The notes: generated from the sequence alone by a model not told the origin. A stretch of DNA of 50,166 nucleotides from Burkholderiales bacterium (GCA_046596405.1 JBKJMN010000094.1:1-50166), one strand, 5' to 3'. Shown: positions 9,011 through 22,050, counted from the stretch's first letter. Numbers and translations are program-made.

Positions 9011-9832
9011 TTAGTCGCCGCGTAACAAATCATTAATGCTCGTTTTGGCGCGCGTGCCGGCATCGACGCGTTTCACGATGACCGCACAATACAACTGGCA
9101 TTTGCCGTCGCTCGACGGCAACGTCCCGGAAACGACGACCGAGCCGGACGGAATGCGGCCATAACTGACGGCGCCCGTCGCACGATCGAAGATGCGCGTG
9201 CTTTGGCCGATGAAAACGCCCATCGAGATCACCGATCCGGCCTCGACCACGACGCCTTCGACGATTTCGGAGCGCGCGCCGACGAAACAGTTGTCCTCGA
9301 TAATGGTCGGATTGGCCTGCAGCGGTTCGAGCACGCCGCCGATACCGACGCCGCCGGACAGATGCACGTTTTTGCCGATCTGGGCGCACGAACCGACGGT
9401 CGCCCACGTATCGACCATGGTGCCTTCATCGACGTAGGCGCCGATGTTCACGTACGAAGGCATCAGCACCGCATTCTTCGCGATATAGGCGCCGTGGCGA
9501 ACCATCGCGGGCGGGACCACGCGAAAGCCGCCGCGCGCGAAATCCTCGTGCGTGTAGTGGGCGAACTTGCTGGGAACCTTGTCGTAGTACTGTGTCGATG
9601 CGCCAGGCATCGCCACGTTGTCTTCCAGCCGGAACGACAGCAGAACCGCTTTTTTCAGCCACTGATGCACGACCCACGCGCCGTCGATCTTCTCCGCGAC
9701 GCGCAATTTTCCCGCATCGAGCGCGGCGATTACTTCCGCTACGGCCGCGCCGACCTTCGCGGGCGCAGTGCCGGGTTTGAGTTCGGCGCGCTGGTCCCAG
9801 GCGTGTTCGATGACGCTTTGCAATTCGTTCAT
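9011..9832 (-). CDS. dapD: 2,3,4,5-tetrahydropyridine-2,6-dicarboxylate N-succinyltransferase
   Basis: [51 protein letters not shown]; ATG at 9832 overlaps the dapC stop. Confidence 0.97.
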   Translation of the reverse strand: MNELQSVIEHAWDQRAELKPGTAPAKVGAAVAEVIAALDAGKLRVAEKIDGAWVVHQWLKKAVLLSFRLEDNVAMPGASTQYYDKVPSKFAHYTHEDFARGGFRVVPPAMVRHGAYIAKNAVLMPSYVNIGAYVDEGTMVDTWATVGSCAQIGKNVHLSGGVGIGGVLEPLQANPTIIEDNCFVGARSEIVEGVVVEAGSVISMGVFIGQSTRIFDRATGAVSYGRIPSGSVVVSGTLPSSDGKCQLYCAVIVKRVDAGTRAKTSINDLLRGD

Positions 9833-11043
9833 GATTTTTCCGTTGACAGTTGGCGTTGACGCAGAAAGGCGGCGATGCGCTGCGCAGCGTCGGTGCACTC
9901 GGCGGTCGACGCCACCAGCGCGATGCGCACGAAATTGGCGCCGGGATTGACGCCGCGCGCTTCGCGCGCGAGATAGCTGCCCGGCAGCACCGATACGTTT
10001 TGTTCCTCAAGCAGACTGCGCGTAAATGCGGTGTCGTCGGTAAGCGTGTCGAGCCAGATGTAAAACGCCGCGTCGGGCATGCCGATTTCCGTGACTTCGC
10101 GCAGGATGCGCGTCACGGCGGCAAATTTTTCGCGGTATAGGCGCCGGTTTTCGGCGACGTGCGCTTCGTCCTGCCACGCTGCGGTGCTGGCGGCGTGGAT
10201 CGACGGGCTCATCGCGCAGCCCTGGTAAGTGCGATACAGCAGGAATTTTTTCAGGATCTCCGCGTCGCCCGCCACGAAGCCCGAGCGCATGCCCGGCACG
10301 TTGGAGCGTTTCGAGAGGCTCGAAAATATCACCAGCCTCGGATAGCCGGTGCGTCCGCATTGCTGCGCCGCCTGCAAAGCGCCGAGCGGCGGTTGCGCCT
10401 CGTCAAAGTAGATTTCCGAATAGCATTCGTCCGCGGCGATCACAAAACCGTAGCGATCCGACAGCGCGAACAGGCGTTGCCATTCGTCGAGCGTCATGAC
10501 GCGCCCGGTCGGATTACCCGGCGAGCACACGTAAACGAGCTGGGTGCGCTGCCACACGGTGTCGGGCAACTGCGCGAAATCGAGCGCAAAGTTATTGGCG
10601 GGCAGCGTGTGCAGGTATTCAGGCGTTGCGCCCGCGAGCAGCGCCGCGCCTTCGTAAATCTGGTAAAACGGATTCGGTACCACGACCACCGGTGCGGCGC
10701 GCGTGCGGTCGATGACCGTTTGCGCAAAAGCGAACAGCGCTTCGCGGCTGCCGTTGACCGGTATGATCTGCGTTTCGGCATCGATCTCGCGCAGGCCGTA
10801 GCGGCGTTGCAACCAGCCGGCGATCGCAATGCGCAGGCTGGGGGCGCCGAGCGTTGTCGGGTAACTGGCGAGACCGCCGAGGTTATCGGTCAGCGCGCGT
10901 TTGATGAATTCCGGTGTCGGGTGTTTGGGTTCGCCGATGTGCAGGCTGATCGGCTTTAACTGCGGGTTTGGCGTGATTCCGCGATTAAGCGCGGCGAGCT
11001 TCTGAAACGGATAACTCTGCAGTTGATCGAAGGCGGGATTCAT
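9829..11043 (-). CDS. dapC: Succinyldiaminopimelate transaminase
   Basis: [43 protein letters not shown]-lysine motif [14 protein letters not shown]. Confidence 0.95.
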   Translation of the reverse strand: MNPAFDQLQSYPFQKLAALNRGITPNPQLKPISLHIGEPKHPTPEFIKRALTDNLGGLASYPTTLGAPSLRIAIAGWLQRRYGLREIDAETQIIPVNGSREALFAFAQTVIDRTRAAPVVVVPNPFYQIYEGAALLAGATPEYLHTLPANNFALDFAQLPDTVWQRTQLVYVCSPGNPTGRVMTLDEWQRLFALSDRYGFVIAADECYSEIYFDEAQPPLGALQAAQQCGRTGYPRLVIFSSLSKRSNVPGMRSGFVAGDAEILKKFLLYRTYQGCAMSPSIHAASTAAWQDEAHVAENRRLYREKFAAVTRILREVTEIGMPDAAFYIWLDTLTDDTAFTRSLLEEQNVSVLPGSYLAREARGVNPGANFVRIALVASTAECTDAAQRIAAFLRQRQLSTEKS

Positions 11044-11120
11044 GCGCGGCAGTCAAGACCTGACCACGAGGCGAGGCCTCCCGGTCGGCGATATATTAAA
11101 GGTCGGATTATAAGGGTGTT

Positions 11121-12062
11121 GTGGCGCACTTCACAAAAATGATACCGGTCGCGGCGCTGCTTACCGGCGCAACCGTGTGGGGCCTCATCTGGTACCCGTA
11201 CCGCGCGCTCGAATATGCCGGTGTCGGCGGCGCGGCGGCGACCACGCTGACGTACGGCGGCGCGTTCGTGCTGGGTCTCGTGCTGTGGCGGCCACGCGTG
11301 CACCTGTCATGGATGTTGCTCGCGATCGCGCTGAGCGCCGGCTGGGCCAACGTGGGTTTCACCATGGCGGTGGTCTACGGCGATGTCATGCGCGTCGTGT
11401 TGCTGTTCTATTTGTCGCCGGTGTGGACGATCTTGTTCGCGCGCTGGCTGCTGGGAGAAAAACTTTCCGGCGCCGGTTATGCGCTGATGGCGCTCGCGTT
11501 TGCCGGCGCCGCCGTCATGTTGTGGGAACCCGCGCTCGGCTGGCCGCTGCCGCGCACGGTTGCGGAATGGACGGGCCTGTCCGCCGGGGTCATGTTCGCG
11601 CTGTCCAATGTGCTGATCCGAAAAACCCCGCACGTCGCAATCGAGGTGAAAGCGCTCGCGGTATTTTTCGGCGGCATTATCGCGGGGACGGGATGCCTGC
11701 TCGCGATCGGGCCGGTCAGCGCAATCTGGGCCCCGGCCGCTGGCCAGGCGCTGCTGCTGGTGCTGCTCGTGTGCGTAATACTTGCGGTCAACATCGCAGT
11801 GCAATACGGGCTCACGCATATCAGCGCCAACCGCGCGATCGTGATTTATCTTTTTGAACTGGTCGTGACGGCGATCTCGGCGTGGCTGCTCGCGGACGAG
11901 GTGCTGACGCTGCGGGAATGGTGCGGCGGGATCATGATCGTGGCGGCGGGATTGCTGTCCGACCGCATCGGCCGTGTGTTGGTCGATGCGCGGGCCGATG
12001 CGTGCGCCGATGGCGCTGGCGCTACCGCGTGCTCGCCGACGACGGCAGAGCGTCCAGATTGA
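11121..12062 (+). CDS. DMT/EamA family transporter
   Basis: About 10 hydrophobic helices; [33 protein letters not shown]. Start may be the ATG at 11139. Confidence 0.85.
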   Translation: MAHFTKMIPVAALLTGATVWGLIWYPYRALEYAGVGGAAATTLTYGGAFVLGLVLWRPRVHLSWMLLAIALSAGWANVGFTMAVVYGDVMRVVLLFYLSPVWTILFARWLLGEKLSGAGYALMALAFAGAAVMLWEPALGWPLPRTVAEWTGLSAGVMFALSNVLIRKTPHVAIEVKALAVFFGGIIAGTGCLLAIGPVSAIWAPAAGQALLLVLLVCVILAVNIAVQYGLTHISANRAIVIYLFELVVTAISAWLLADEVLTLREWCGGIMIVAAGLLSDRIGRVLVDARADACADGAGATACSPTTAERPD

Positions 12063-12438
12063 GCGCCGCGGATGCGCACCAGCCTTTCTTTTGCGTGCTC
12101 GCGACGACCGTCGTAAAGATGCCGCCGCGCACATAGAAACGCGCCGTCAGCCGCATATAGCGCGGCTTGGTGGCTCGCGCGAGATCGTCCAGTATGCGAT
12201 TGGTCACCGCTTCATGAAACGCGCCTTCGTTGCGGAACGACCAGATATAGAGTTTCAGGCTTTTCAGCTCGACGCACTTGCGGTCCGGCACGTAGTCGAG
12301 AGAGAGCGTCGCGAAGTCCGGCTGCCCGGTTTGCGGGCACAGGCAGGTAAACTCCGGTATTTCCATATGAATCCGGTAATCGCGGCGAGGCTGCGGATTA
12401 TCGAACGTGGCGAGCGCTTTGGCGGGGCGGCTGGGCAT
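12022..12438 (-). CDS. queF: NADPH-dependent preQ0 reductase (short, unimodular type)
   Basis: [16 protein letters not shown], QueF motif [16 protein letters not shown]. Confidence 0.96.
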   Translation of the reverse strand: MPSRPAKALATFDNPQPRRDYRIHMEIPEFTCLCPQTGQPDFATLSLDYVPDRKCVELKSLKLYIWSFRNEGAFHEAVTNRILDDLARATKPRYMRLTARFYVRGGIFTTVVASTQKKGWCASAALNLDALPSSASTR

Positions 12439-12515
12439 TAGGGCAGATGAAACAATTCAGTTAAAATGGCGCGCTATTCCGGCCCGAATTATAACCTTAC
12501 CTGGCATAGAAAAAA

Positions 12516-15500
12516 TTGCGCCTCACTGAAATCAAGCTCGCAGGCTTCAAATCGTTTGTCGATCCCACCAGTATCCCCGTGCCAGGCCAGCTAGTCGGCG
12601 TGGTTGGCCCGAATGGCTGCGGTAAATCCAATATTATCGACGCAGTGCGCTGGGTGCTCGGCGAGTCCTCGGCCAAGCATCTGCGCGGCGAGACCATGCA
12701 GGACGTTTTGTTCAATGGCTCGGGCAACCGCCAGATGGTAAACCGCGCGAGCGTCGAGCTCGTGTTCGACAACAGCCTCGGGCGCGCGGCCGGCCAGTGG
12801 GCGAGCTACGGCGAGATTTCCGTCAAGCGCGTGCTCGAACGCGACAGCGAGTCGGCGTATTACATCAACAATCTGCACGTGCGGCGGCGCGACGTCGCCG
12901 ACATTTTTCTCGGCACTGGCCTTGGCGCGCGCGCGTACGCGATCATCGAACAAGGCATGATTTCGCGCATCATCGAGGCGAAGCCCGAAGACCTGCGCGT
13001 ATTTCTCGAGGAGGCGGCGGGGGTGTCGAAATACCGCGACCGCCGGCGTGAGACCGAATTGCGGCTCGGCGATACGCGCGAAAACCTGCTGCGCGTCGAA
13101 GACATCCGTCTCGAGCTCGACAAGCAGCTTGAGCATTTGCGCGAGCAGGCCGAAGTGGCGCGCCAGTATCACAGCCTGCAGGAGCAGCTGCGCCTTGCGC
13201 AAAACCTGCTGTGGCTGCAAAAGCGGCGCGAAGCGACCAGCGCGCGCGAGCGTTATACGCGCGAAATCGAAAAGCTCGGGATCGAACTCGAGGCAGAAAC
13301 TGCGCGCCTGCGCGACGCCGAGCGCCGGATTGAGGAATTGCGCGACCGCCACCACGTGACGGGCGACGCGGTGCACGCGGCGCAGGGCAGCCTGTACGAA
13401 ACGAATGCGGAATTTTCGCGCGTGCAGCAGCAACTCCAGCACGTGCGCGAAAACCGCCACCGCATCAGCACTCAGCTCGCCGCACTGCAAAACCAGCTTG
13501 AGCAAGGCGAAAGCCAGCTCGCGGGCCAGCACGCGAGCCGCGACGAGTGGCAGGCAGAGACCGCGCGCGCAGACGCGCAGGCCGAGGGTTGCCGGACCGC
13601 CGCGGGCGCCGCGGCGACGCAGTTGCCGATCGCCGAGCAGGCGTTCCGCGCCAGCCAGGACGCGCGCGATCGACTGCAGCAGGAGATCGCGGGCAACCTG
13701 CAGGCTTTGCAGCTCGCGCAAACGCGCAGCGAACATGCGCTTAAAATCCTCGCCCAGCTCGCGCAACGCGAGCAGCGGTTGCGCGAAGAGCAGGCCGCCT
13801 TGACGCCGCCCGACAGCGTCGAGCTCGAACGGCTGCGCCGCGAACTCATTTCGCTCGAAGCACAGCATCGCGACAAGCGCGCGGCCCTCGATGCGGAAGA
13901 AGAATCCATCCCACGCCTCGAGCAGGCGCTGCGCGAGCAGAGCACGACAGTCGACTCGGCCGCCCAGCAGGTTACCGCTCTCGCCGCGCGGATCGACGCG
14001 CTCACTCAGTTGCAGGACCGCATCGCGCGCAGCGAGACCATGCAGGGTTGGCTCGCGACGCACGACCTGAATGCGGCACGGCGCCTGTGGCAGGACATCG
14101 AGATCGAGGCGGGCTGGGAAGACGCGCTCGAAGCGGTCTTGCGCGAGCGCCTGAACGCGATTGGCCTCGGGGATCTCGCGCAGGCAGCCCCCTGGCTCGG
14201 CGATTTGCCGCCCGGCAAAATGACCGTTTACACGGGCGCGGGCGACACGCCGGCGACGCCCGCGCCGTTCGGACTCGAACCACTGGCTGCCTATGTACGG
14301 TGCAAGAACTCGGCCGCGGCGGGCGCGCTGGCGGACTGGCTGGATCAGGTTTACGTAGTAAAAGACCGCCACGCAGGCATCGCGTTGCGCGAGCGGTTGC
14401 CGGCCGGCGCCTTGCTGGTATCCGGCGACGGTCATGTGTTTACGCGCCACAGCGTAAGTTTTCATGCGCCGGATTCCGAACTGCATGGCGTATTGTCGCG
14501 CCAGCGGGAAATTGAAGGCTTGAGCGGCCAGCACGCGACCGAGCAGCAGCGTCTCGATACGTTGCGCGGCGCGCTTGGGGAAGCGGAGTCGCACTTCGAG
14601 CAGCGCAGGACCGCGCTCAATGAAGTGCGCTTCGCGGCGGAACTCCTGCAGCAGTCGTTGCATGAGTCCGAGCTCGCGATTTTGCGTCTTTCCGAGCAGG
14701 CTCAGCGCGTCACGCAACGCGGCGAGCAGATCGCGGCCGAGCTCGCGGAAATCAGCGCCCAATCCGGGCACGAGCGCGCCCAGCACGACGCGGCGCAGGT
14801 CAATGTGGCGCAATTCGCCAGGCTGCGCGGCGAGTTTGAGACCCGCCAGACCGGCGTGCTTGCCGGATATACGGCGGCCGCAGCGGCGTTGGAACAGCAA
14901 CGCGAGCTGGTGCAGCAGGCCGAGCGCGCGGCGCAGGAGTCGGCGTTCCACGTCAAGACCTGCGCAAACAAGATCGCCGAAGTCGAAAATGCGATCAAAC
15001 TGATCGCGGACAGCGTAACCACCGTGAAAACCGGCATTGCGCAGCACGAGCACGAGTTGAGTCTGCTCGACGAAGCGCCGCTCACTCAGGAACTCGAGCA
15101 AATCATCGGCGTGCGCGCGCAAAAAGAGCAGGCGCTCGCCGCCGCCCGCGACGCGCTCGAAGCGACCGAGACTTTGCTGCGGGAGACCGAACAGGAGCGG
15201 CTGTCGATCGAGCAGAATCTGCATCCGATCCGTGAGCGTACCGGCGAAGTGAAATTGAAAGAGCAGGAGGCGCGTTTGACTGAAGAGCAGTTCGCGCAGC
15301 AGCTTGCGGAGGCCGGCGCGAACGAGCAGGAGCTCGAAGCCCAACTCGAAAAAGGCAAGCGTTCCGGCGCGTGGCAGGCCGACATCGCGCGGCTGAATGG
15401 CGAGATAAGCGAGCTCGGCGCTGTCAACCTGGCGGCGCTGGAGGAGCTCGACTCCTCTCAGCAGCGCAAAAATTACCTCGACGCGCAATCGCTCGACCTT

Positions 15501-16034
15501 AACCAGGCGCTGACTACGCTCGAAGACGCCATCCGGCGCATCGACCGTGAAACGCGCGAACGCCTGCAGCACACGTTCGACGAGGTCAACGGCCATTTCG
15601 GGCGCATGTTCCCGTCGCTGTTTGGGGGCGGGCGCGCCAAGCTCGAATTGACGGGCGAGGAAATACTCGACGCCGGCGTGCATGTCATCGCGCAGCCGCC
15701 GGGCAAGAAAAACAGCTCCATCCATCTGCTCTCGGGCGGCGAGAAGGCACTGACGGCTTTGTCGCTCGTATTCGCGCTGTTCCAGCTGAACCCCGCGCCG
15801 TTCTGCCTGCTCGACGAGGTCGACGCACCGCTCGATGACACGAATACCGAGCGCTTTTGCGGGCTGGTCAAGAAAATGTCGGCGAATTCCCAGTTCTTGT
15901 TCATCAGCCACAACAAGATTACGATGGAAATTGCCAACCAGCTGATCGGCGTGACGATGCAGGAACCCGGCGTCTCGCGCGTGGTCGCGGTCGATATCGA
16001 GGAAGCCATGAAGCTCGCCGAAGAAGCGGCGTAG
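12516..16034 (+). CDS. smc: Chromosome segregation protein SMC
   Basis: TTG start; GFKSF, Walker A GPNGCGKSN, long coiled coils with hinge, signature LSGGEK, LDEVDAPLD. Confidence 0.97.
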   Translation: MRLTEIKLAGFKSFVDPTSIPVPGQLVGVVGPNGCGKSNIIDAVRWVLGESSAKHLRGETMQDVLFNGSGNRQMVNRASVELVFDNSLGRAAGQWASYGEISVKRVLERDSESAYYINNLHVRRRDVADIFLGTGLGARAYAIIEQGMISRIIEAKPEDLRVFLEEAAGVSKYRDRRRETELRLGDTRENLLRVEDIRLELDKQLEHLREQAEVARQYHSLQEQLRLAQNLLWLQKRREATSARERYTREIEKLGIELEAETARLRDAERRIEELRDRHHVTGDAVHAAQGSLYETNAEFSRVQQQLQHVRENRHRISTQLAALQNQLEQGESQLAGQHASRDEWQAETARADAQAEGCRTAAGAAATQLPIAEQAFRASQDARDRLQQEIAGNLQALQLAQTRSEHALKILAQLAQREQRLREEQAALTPPDSVELERLRRELISLEAQHRDKRAALDAEEESIPRLEQALREQSTTVDSAAQQVTALAARIDALTQLQDRIARSETMQGWLATHDLNAARRLWQDIEIEAGWEDALEAVLRERLNAIGLGDLAQAAPWLGDLPPGKMTVYTGAGDTPATPAPFGLEPLAAYVRCKNSAAAGALADWLDQVYVVKDRHAGIALRERLPAGALLVSGDGHVFTRHSVSFHAPDSELHGVLSRQREIEGLSGQHATEQQRLDTLRGALGEAESHFEQRRTALNEVRFAAELLQQSLHESELAILRLSEQAQRVTQRGEQIAAELAEISAQSGHERAQHDAAQVNVAQFARLRGEFETRQTGVLAGYTAAAAALEQQRELVQQAERAAQESAFHVKTCANKIAEVENAIKLIADSVTTVKTGIAQHEHELSLLDEAPLTQELEQIIGVRAQKEQALAAARDALEATETLLRETEQERLSIEQNLHPIRERTGEVKLKEQEARLTEEQFAQQLAEAGANEQELEAQLEKGKRSGAWQADIARLNGEISELGAVNLAALEELDSSQQRKNYLDAQSLDLNQALTTLEDAIRRIDRETRERLQHTFDEVNGHFGRMFPSLFGGGRAKLELTGEEILDAGVHVIAQPPGKKNSSIHLLSGGEKALTALSLVFALFQLNPAPFCLLDEVDAPLDDTNTERFCGLVKKMSANSQFLFISHNKITMEIANQLIGVTMQEPGVSRVVAVDIEEAMKLAEEAA

Positions 16035-16049
16035 GCGCGCCGGATAGCC

Positions 16050-17138
16050 ATGAGCGATTTGCAGACAGCTTTAGTCGCGATCGGCGCCTGCGTCGTCGCC
16101 GGAGTTTATGCCTTCAATCGCTGGCAGGAACGCGAGTTCCGCCGGCGCGCGGAGCTCGCGTTCGAGCGCAACCATGACGACGTCCTGATGCCGTCAGCAC
16201 CGGGGGCCGACCCGGAGTCGGTCGCGCGTATCGAGCCGCGACTCGATGCCGCGCCGCCAACCGGGGCGGAATTTCCGGCGCCCGCGATGCGCACGCCGCG
16301 CACGCCGACCCCGCGCGCGATAGACCCGGTGATCGATTATGTCGTCGAAGTCGAGCTACCTGCGCCGGTCGCCAGCGCGGCTATGCATGCGCATTTGTGC
16401 GAACTTGCGGCGCAATGGGGTAAGCCTGTGCTCGCCGCGGGCTATGCCGCGGCGGCGGGTGCCTGGCAGAAAGCGGGCGCGGACGGGGACGTGAAATACG
16501 GTCAGTTGCGGTTCGCGGTGCAGATGTCCAATCGCGCCGGCTGCATCGAGCAGGAAAAACTCAAGGCGTTTCGCGCCACGGTGCAAAAATGGGCGGATGG
16601 CGAAGGGGCTGTCGCGGTCAAGTGCCTGGAGCCCGAGCTCGCGCACTCGATGGCCGTCCAACTCGACCGGTTCTGCGCGGATGTCGATATCGCCATCGGC
16701 ATCAACGTGGTGACGCAGAACGGCGATCCATTTGCCGGCACCAAAATACGCTCGCTCGCGGAAGCCGACGGCATGAAGCTCGAAACCGACGGCGTCTTCT
16801 ATTTGCGCAACGACGACGGTCAGACCATCTATACGCTCGACAACCACGAACCGATGCCGTTCGTGCCCGAGCAGATCAACACTCTGACGACCAGCGGCGT
16901 GACCTTCCTTCTCGACGTTCCCTGCGTGGCGGAGGGTCTCGCCGCGTTCGAGGCGATGCTGGGTACGGCGCGCAATTTCGCCGGCATGCTGGGCGGCATG
17001 CTCGTCGACGACAACCGGGCACCGCTGTCAGACGAAGCGATCGAGAAAATTCGCCGCCAGTTGACGGGCATACTGACGAAAATGGAGGCGGGCCAGATCG
17101 CGGCCGGAGGAGCGCGCGCGCTGCGTTTGTTTTCGTAA
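16050..17138 (+). CDS. zipA: Cell division protein ZipA-like (FtsZ-binding C-terminal domain)
   Basis: N-terminal membrane anchor, Pro-rich linker, LDRFCADVDI, TFLLDVP, LVDDN, ALRLFS; smc-zipA-ligA synteny. Confidence 0.85.
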   Translation: MSDLQTALVAIGACVVAGVYAFNRWQEREFRRRAELAFERNHDDVLMPSAPGADPESVARIEPRLDAAPPTGAEFPAPAMRTPRTPTPRAIDPVIDYVVEVELPAPVASAAMHAHLCELAAQWGKPVLAAGYAAAAGAWQKAGADGDVKYGQLRFAVQMSNRAGCIEQEKLKAFRATVQKWADGEGAVAVKCLEPELAHSMAVQLDRFCADVDIAIGINVVTQNGDPFAGTKIRSLAEADGMKLETDGVFYLRNDDGQTIYTLDNHEPMPFVPEQINTLTTSGVTFLLDVPCVAEGLAAFEAMLGTARNFAGMLGGMLVDDNRAPLSDEAIEKIRRQLTGILTKMEAGQIAAGGARALRLFS

Positions 17139-19190
<2,052 letters not shown>

Positions 19191-19204
19191 GGGACCGGTA
19201 TCAC

Positions 19205-20077
19205 ATGGCGAATTTAATTACGAAAGCGGTGTTTCCGGTGGCGGGCCTCGGCACGCGCTTTTTGCCGGCGACCAAAGCGAGCCCGAAGGAAATGCTGCCG
19301 GTAGTCGACAAGCCCCTGATCCAATACGCGGTCGAGGAAGCAGTCGCCGCGGGCATCACCGAGCTCGTGTTCATCACCGGGCGCAGCAAGCGCGCGATCG
19401 AGGACCATTTCGACAAGGCTTTCGAAGTGGAATCCGAACTGACCTCGCGCGGCAAGCATGCGATGCTCGCGATGGTGCGCGACGTCGTGCCGCGCAACGT
19501 CAAATGCATTTACGTTCGCCAGCAGGAAGCGCTGGGGCTCGGACACGCCGTGCTGTGCGCTCAGCCGGTGGTTGGCGACCATCCGTTTGCGGTGATGCTC
19601 GCCGACGACCTGATCGACGCCAAGCCGCCGGTCATGAAGCAGATGGTCGACGTTTACCGGCGCGAGCAATGTTCCTTGCTCGGCGTGCAGAAAATCGCGC
19701 ACGCGCAAACGCGCCAGTACGGGATCATCAAGCCCGGGCGGCGCGAAGGCAATCTGCATCCGGTGATGGCGATAGTTGAAAAACCCGCGCCTGACAAAGC
19801 GCCTTCGCGGCTGGGCGTAGTAGGGCGCTACATACTGTCGCCGCGCATTTTTCATCATCTGCAAAAAGTGAAGCCCGGCGCGGGCGGAGAAATCCAGCTT
19901 ACCGACGGCATCGCCGCGTTGCTCGGCGAAGAACGCGTGCTGGCGCATGAGTTCACCGGCGTGCGCTACGATTGCGGCAGCAAGCTGGGTTACCTCAAAG
20001 CCAACGTCGCCTACGGGCTCAAGCATCCGGAAGTGGCGCGCGAATTTGCGCGGCATCTCGCATCGCTGCGGCGTTAA
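19205..20077 (+). CDS. galU: UTP-glucose-1-phosphate uridylyltransferase
   Basis: [46 protein letters not shown]. Confidence 0.97.
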   Translation: MANLITKAVFPVAGLGTRFLPATKASPKEMLPVVDKPLIQYAVEEAVAAGITELVFITGRSKRAIEDHFDKAFEVESELTSRGKHAMLAMVRDVVPRNVKCIYVRQQEALGLGHAVLCAQPVVGDHPFAVMLADDLIDAKPPVMKQMVDVYRREQCSLLGVQKIAHAQTRQYGIIKPGRREGNLHPVMAIVEKPAPDKAPSRLGVVGRYILSPRIFHHLQKVKPGAGGEIQLTDGIAALLGEERVLAHEFTGVRYDCGSKLGYLKANVAYGLKHPEVAREFARHLASLRR

Positions 20078-20107
20078 GCTGCCGCCGCGAATCAGTAAAG
20101 CACCCTC

Positions 20108-20668
20108 ATGCTGCAGCCTGCCGACGCCCGCGAAATCCTGCGTACCGCGGATTTGCTGTGTCCTGCCGAAGCAGTGACCGGCGCGGTGCGGCGGGTCTCC
20201 GCCGAGATCTCTGGCGCGCTCGCCAGCGCCAATCCGCTCGTGTTGAGCGTGATGAGCGGGGCGGTGGTATTCACCGGGCAATTGCTGCCTTTGCTCGATT
20301 TTCCGCTCGAACTCGATTATGTTCATCTCACGCGCTACGGCGACGCCACGATCGGCGGGCGCATCGAATGGAAAATGTTTCCCGCCGCGAAGATCGCCGG
20401 CCGCGTCGTGCTCGTGATCGACGACATTCTCGACGAAGGCCATACGCTCGCTGAAATCCGGCGCCGCGTGCTCGAAGCCGGCGCCGCGAAATGCTACGCG
20501 GCCGTGTTTGCCGACAAAACAATCGGTCGCGCCAAACCGGCCGCCGCGGATTTCGTCGGCATCACGCTGCCGGACCGCTACGTGTTCGGTTTCGGCATGG
20601 ACGTCAAAGGCGCATGGCGAAATCTGCCGGCGGTGTATGCGATGAAGCAGGAGCATAACGGATGTTAG
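20108..20668 (+). CDS. hpt: Hypoxanthine-guanine phosphoribosyltransferase
   Basis: PRPP-binding motif VLVIDDILDEGHTL; PDRYVFGFGMD..G.WRNLP. Confidence 0.88.
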   Translation: MLQPADAREILRTADLLCPAEAVTGAVRRVSAEISGALASANPLVLSVMSGAVVFTGQLLPLLDFPLELDYVHLTRYGDATIGGRIEWKMFPAAKIAGRVVLVIDDILDEGHTLAEIRRRVLEAGAAKCYAAVFADKTIGRAKPAAADFVGITLPDRYVFGFGMDVKGAWRNLPAVYAMKQEHNGC

Positions 20669-21408
20669 CGATCGTCGGCGGCAGCGGTTTCAGCCAGGTT
20701 CCGGGTTTCCGACTCGAACGGCGCGAGGTCGCGCGGACTCCGTATGGCGAACCGTCGAGCGCGCTCGCGTTCGGCACGCTCGCAGGCCGGCCGATCGTAT
20801 TGCTCGCGCGCCACGGTTATGGCCACACGATACCGCCGCACCAGATCAATTACCGCGCCAATATCTGGGCGTTGCACGCGGCCGGAGCTAAACAAGTACT
20901 CGCGCTGGCAACCGTCGGCGGCATACGCGACGATCTCGGGCCTGGCGTGCTGATGATTCCGGACCAGATCATCGATTACACGCACGGCCGGCCGGGCACT
21001 TTTTTCACCCAGGCGGACCGCGGCTTGCATCACATCGATTTCACGCTGCCGTATTCGACGGAGTTTCGCCTGGCGTGCGTCGCGGCGGCGCAGCGCGCCG
21101 GGGAACCGATCGTCGACGGCGGGGTCTATGCGGCAACGCAGGGGCCGCGCCTTGAAACTGCCGCGGAAGTTAACCGGCTCGAGCGTGACGGCGCCGACGT
21201 GGTCGGCATGACAGGCATGCCCGAAGCGGTGCTCGCGCGGGAAATCGGCGTCGCCTACGCCGCGCTTGCGATCGTCGTCAACTTTGCGGCGGGCCGCGGC
21301 GCGAGCGGCAAGGGCATCGCAATGGAAGAAATCGATCAGGTCATGCGGCAGGCAGCGGGTAAAGTCGAACGAGTGCTCGAAGAGGTGGCGAAAGGCGATG
21401 GCGGTTAA
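20662..21408 (+). CDS. S-methyl-5'-thioinosine/thioadenosine phosphorylase
   Basis: [53 protein letters not shown]. Has VNFAAG rather than the TDYD of MTAP, pointing to the MTI phosphorylase type. Confidence 0.88.
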   Translation: MLAIVGGSGFSQVPGFRLERREVARTPYGEPSSALAFGTLAGRPIVLLARHGYGHTIPPHQINYRANIWALHAAGAKQVLALATVGGIRDDLGPGVLMIPDQIIDYTHGRPGTFFTQADRGLHHIDFTLPYSTEFRLACVAAAQRAGEPIVDGGVYAATQGPRLETAAEVNRLERDGADVVGMTGMPEAVLAREIGVAYAALAIVVNFAAGRGASGKGIAMEEIDQVMRQAAGKVERVLEEVAKGDGG

Positions 21409-21931
21409 AGACGTATTGCGGATGGGCGACTCGCGGTTGCTCGAGCGGGCCAGGCCGGTCGAAAAATTCGACACGCCCGAATTGCACGCGTTGCTCGCGG
21501 ACATGCAGGACACAATGGCGGCGCTCGACGGCGCCGGTCTCGCGGCACCGCAGATCGGCGTCGGTTTGCAGGTAGTCATTTTCGGCATCGAGCATAACCC
21601 GCGCTATCCTGACGCTGAAGCGGTGCCGCAAACGGTCTTGATCAATCCGCTGTTGACCGCGTTGACTGACGAGACCGAGGATGGGTGGGAGGGTTGCCTG
21701 TCGGTACCGGGTATGCGCGGCATCGTGCCGCGGATTACGCGCCTGCGCTACCAGGGCTTTGACCAGTACGGCAAACCGATCGAGCGCAGCGTCGAGGGTT
21801 TTCATTCGCGCGTCGTGCAGCACGAATGCGATCACCTGATCGGCGTGCTGTATCCGATGCGTATCCGCGACTTCAGCCGGTTCGGATACACCGACGTGCT
21901 GTTTCCGGGCGAGGAAATCGGGGACGACTGA
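21398..21931 (+). CDS. def: Peptide deformylase
   Basis: [22 protein letters not shown]. Confidence 0.96.
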   Translation: MAVKDVLRMGDSRLLERARPVEKFDTPELHALLADMQDTMAALDGAGLAAPQIGVGLQVVIFGIEHNPRYPDAEAVPQTVLINPLLTALTDETEDGWEGCLSVPGMRGIVPRITRLRYQGFDQYGKPIERSVEGFHSRVVQHECDHLIGVLYPMRIRDFSRFGYTDVLFPGEEIGDD

Positions 21932-21940
21932 AGGCAGGAG

Positions 21941-22050
21941 TGAGGATTGAGGAATGAGGATTGAGAAAATAAATCTAATTCGTCGATCCTCGATCCTCGA
22001 TCCTCGATCCTCAATCCTCGATCCTCGATCCTCGATCCTCAATCCTCGAT
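21941..22050. repeat. Inverted pair of heptamer tandem arrays
   Basis: Left: TGAGGAT TGAGGAA TGAGGAT TGAGAAA (21941-21968). Spacer: 14 bp, AT-rich. Right: 9 full TC[G/A]ATCC units plus TCGAT (21983-22050). The arrays are reverse complements of each other. Confidence 0.95.

Noticed and set aside
12439-12515. preQ1 riboswitch upstream of queF
   Set aside because: No recognisable preQ1 aptamer. The 77-bp gap is explained by divergent -10 elements (TAAAAT on plus, TATAAT on minus).
12591-15911. 1106-aa minus-strand ORF (also 6836..8821, 19214..20656, 22666..24384, 48953..50122 and similar)
   Set aside because: Antisense shadows of well-supported genes (smc, PilU-like, galU, glnD, eno). These are expected from GC-rich codon bias and show no recognisable motifs.
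21341-22042. ORFs beginning MRIEDRGSRIEDRGSR...
   Set aside because: Translation of the heptamer array running antisense to def; not a credible protein.
21941-22050. Possible CRISPR array
   Set aside because: Contiguous 7-bp units with no unique spacers and no cas genes.
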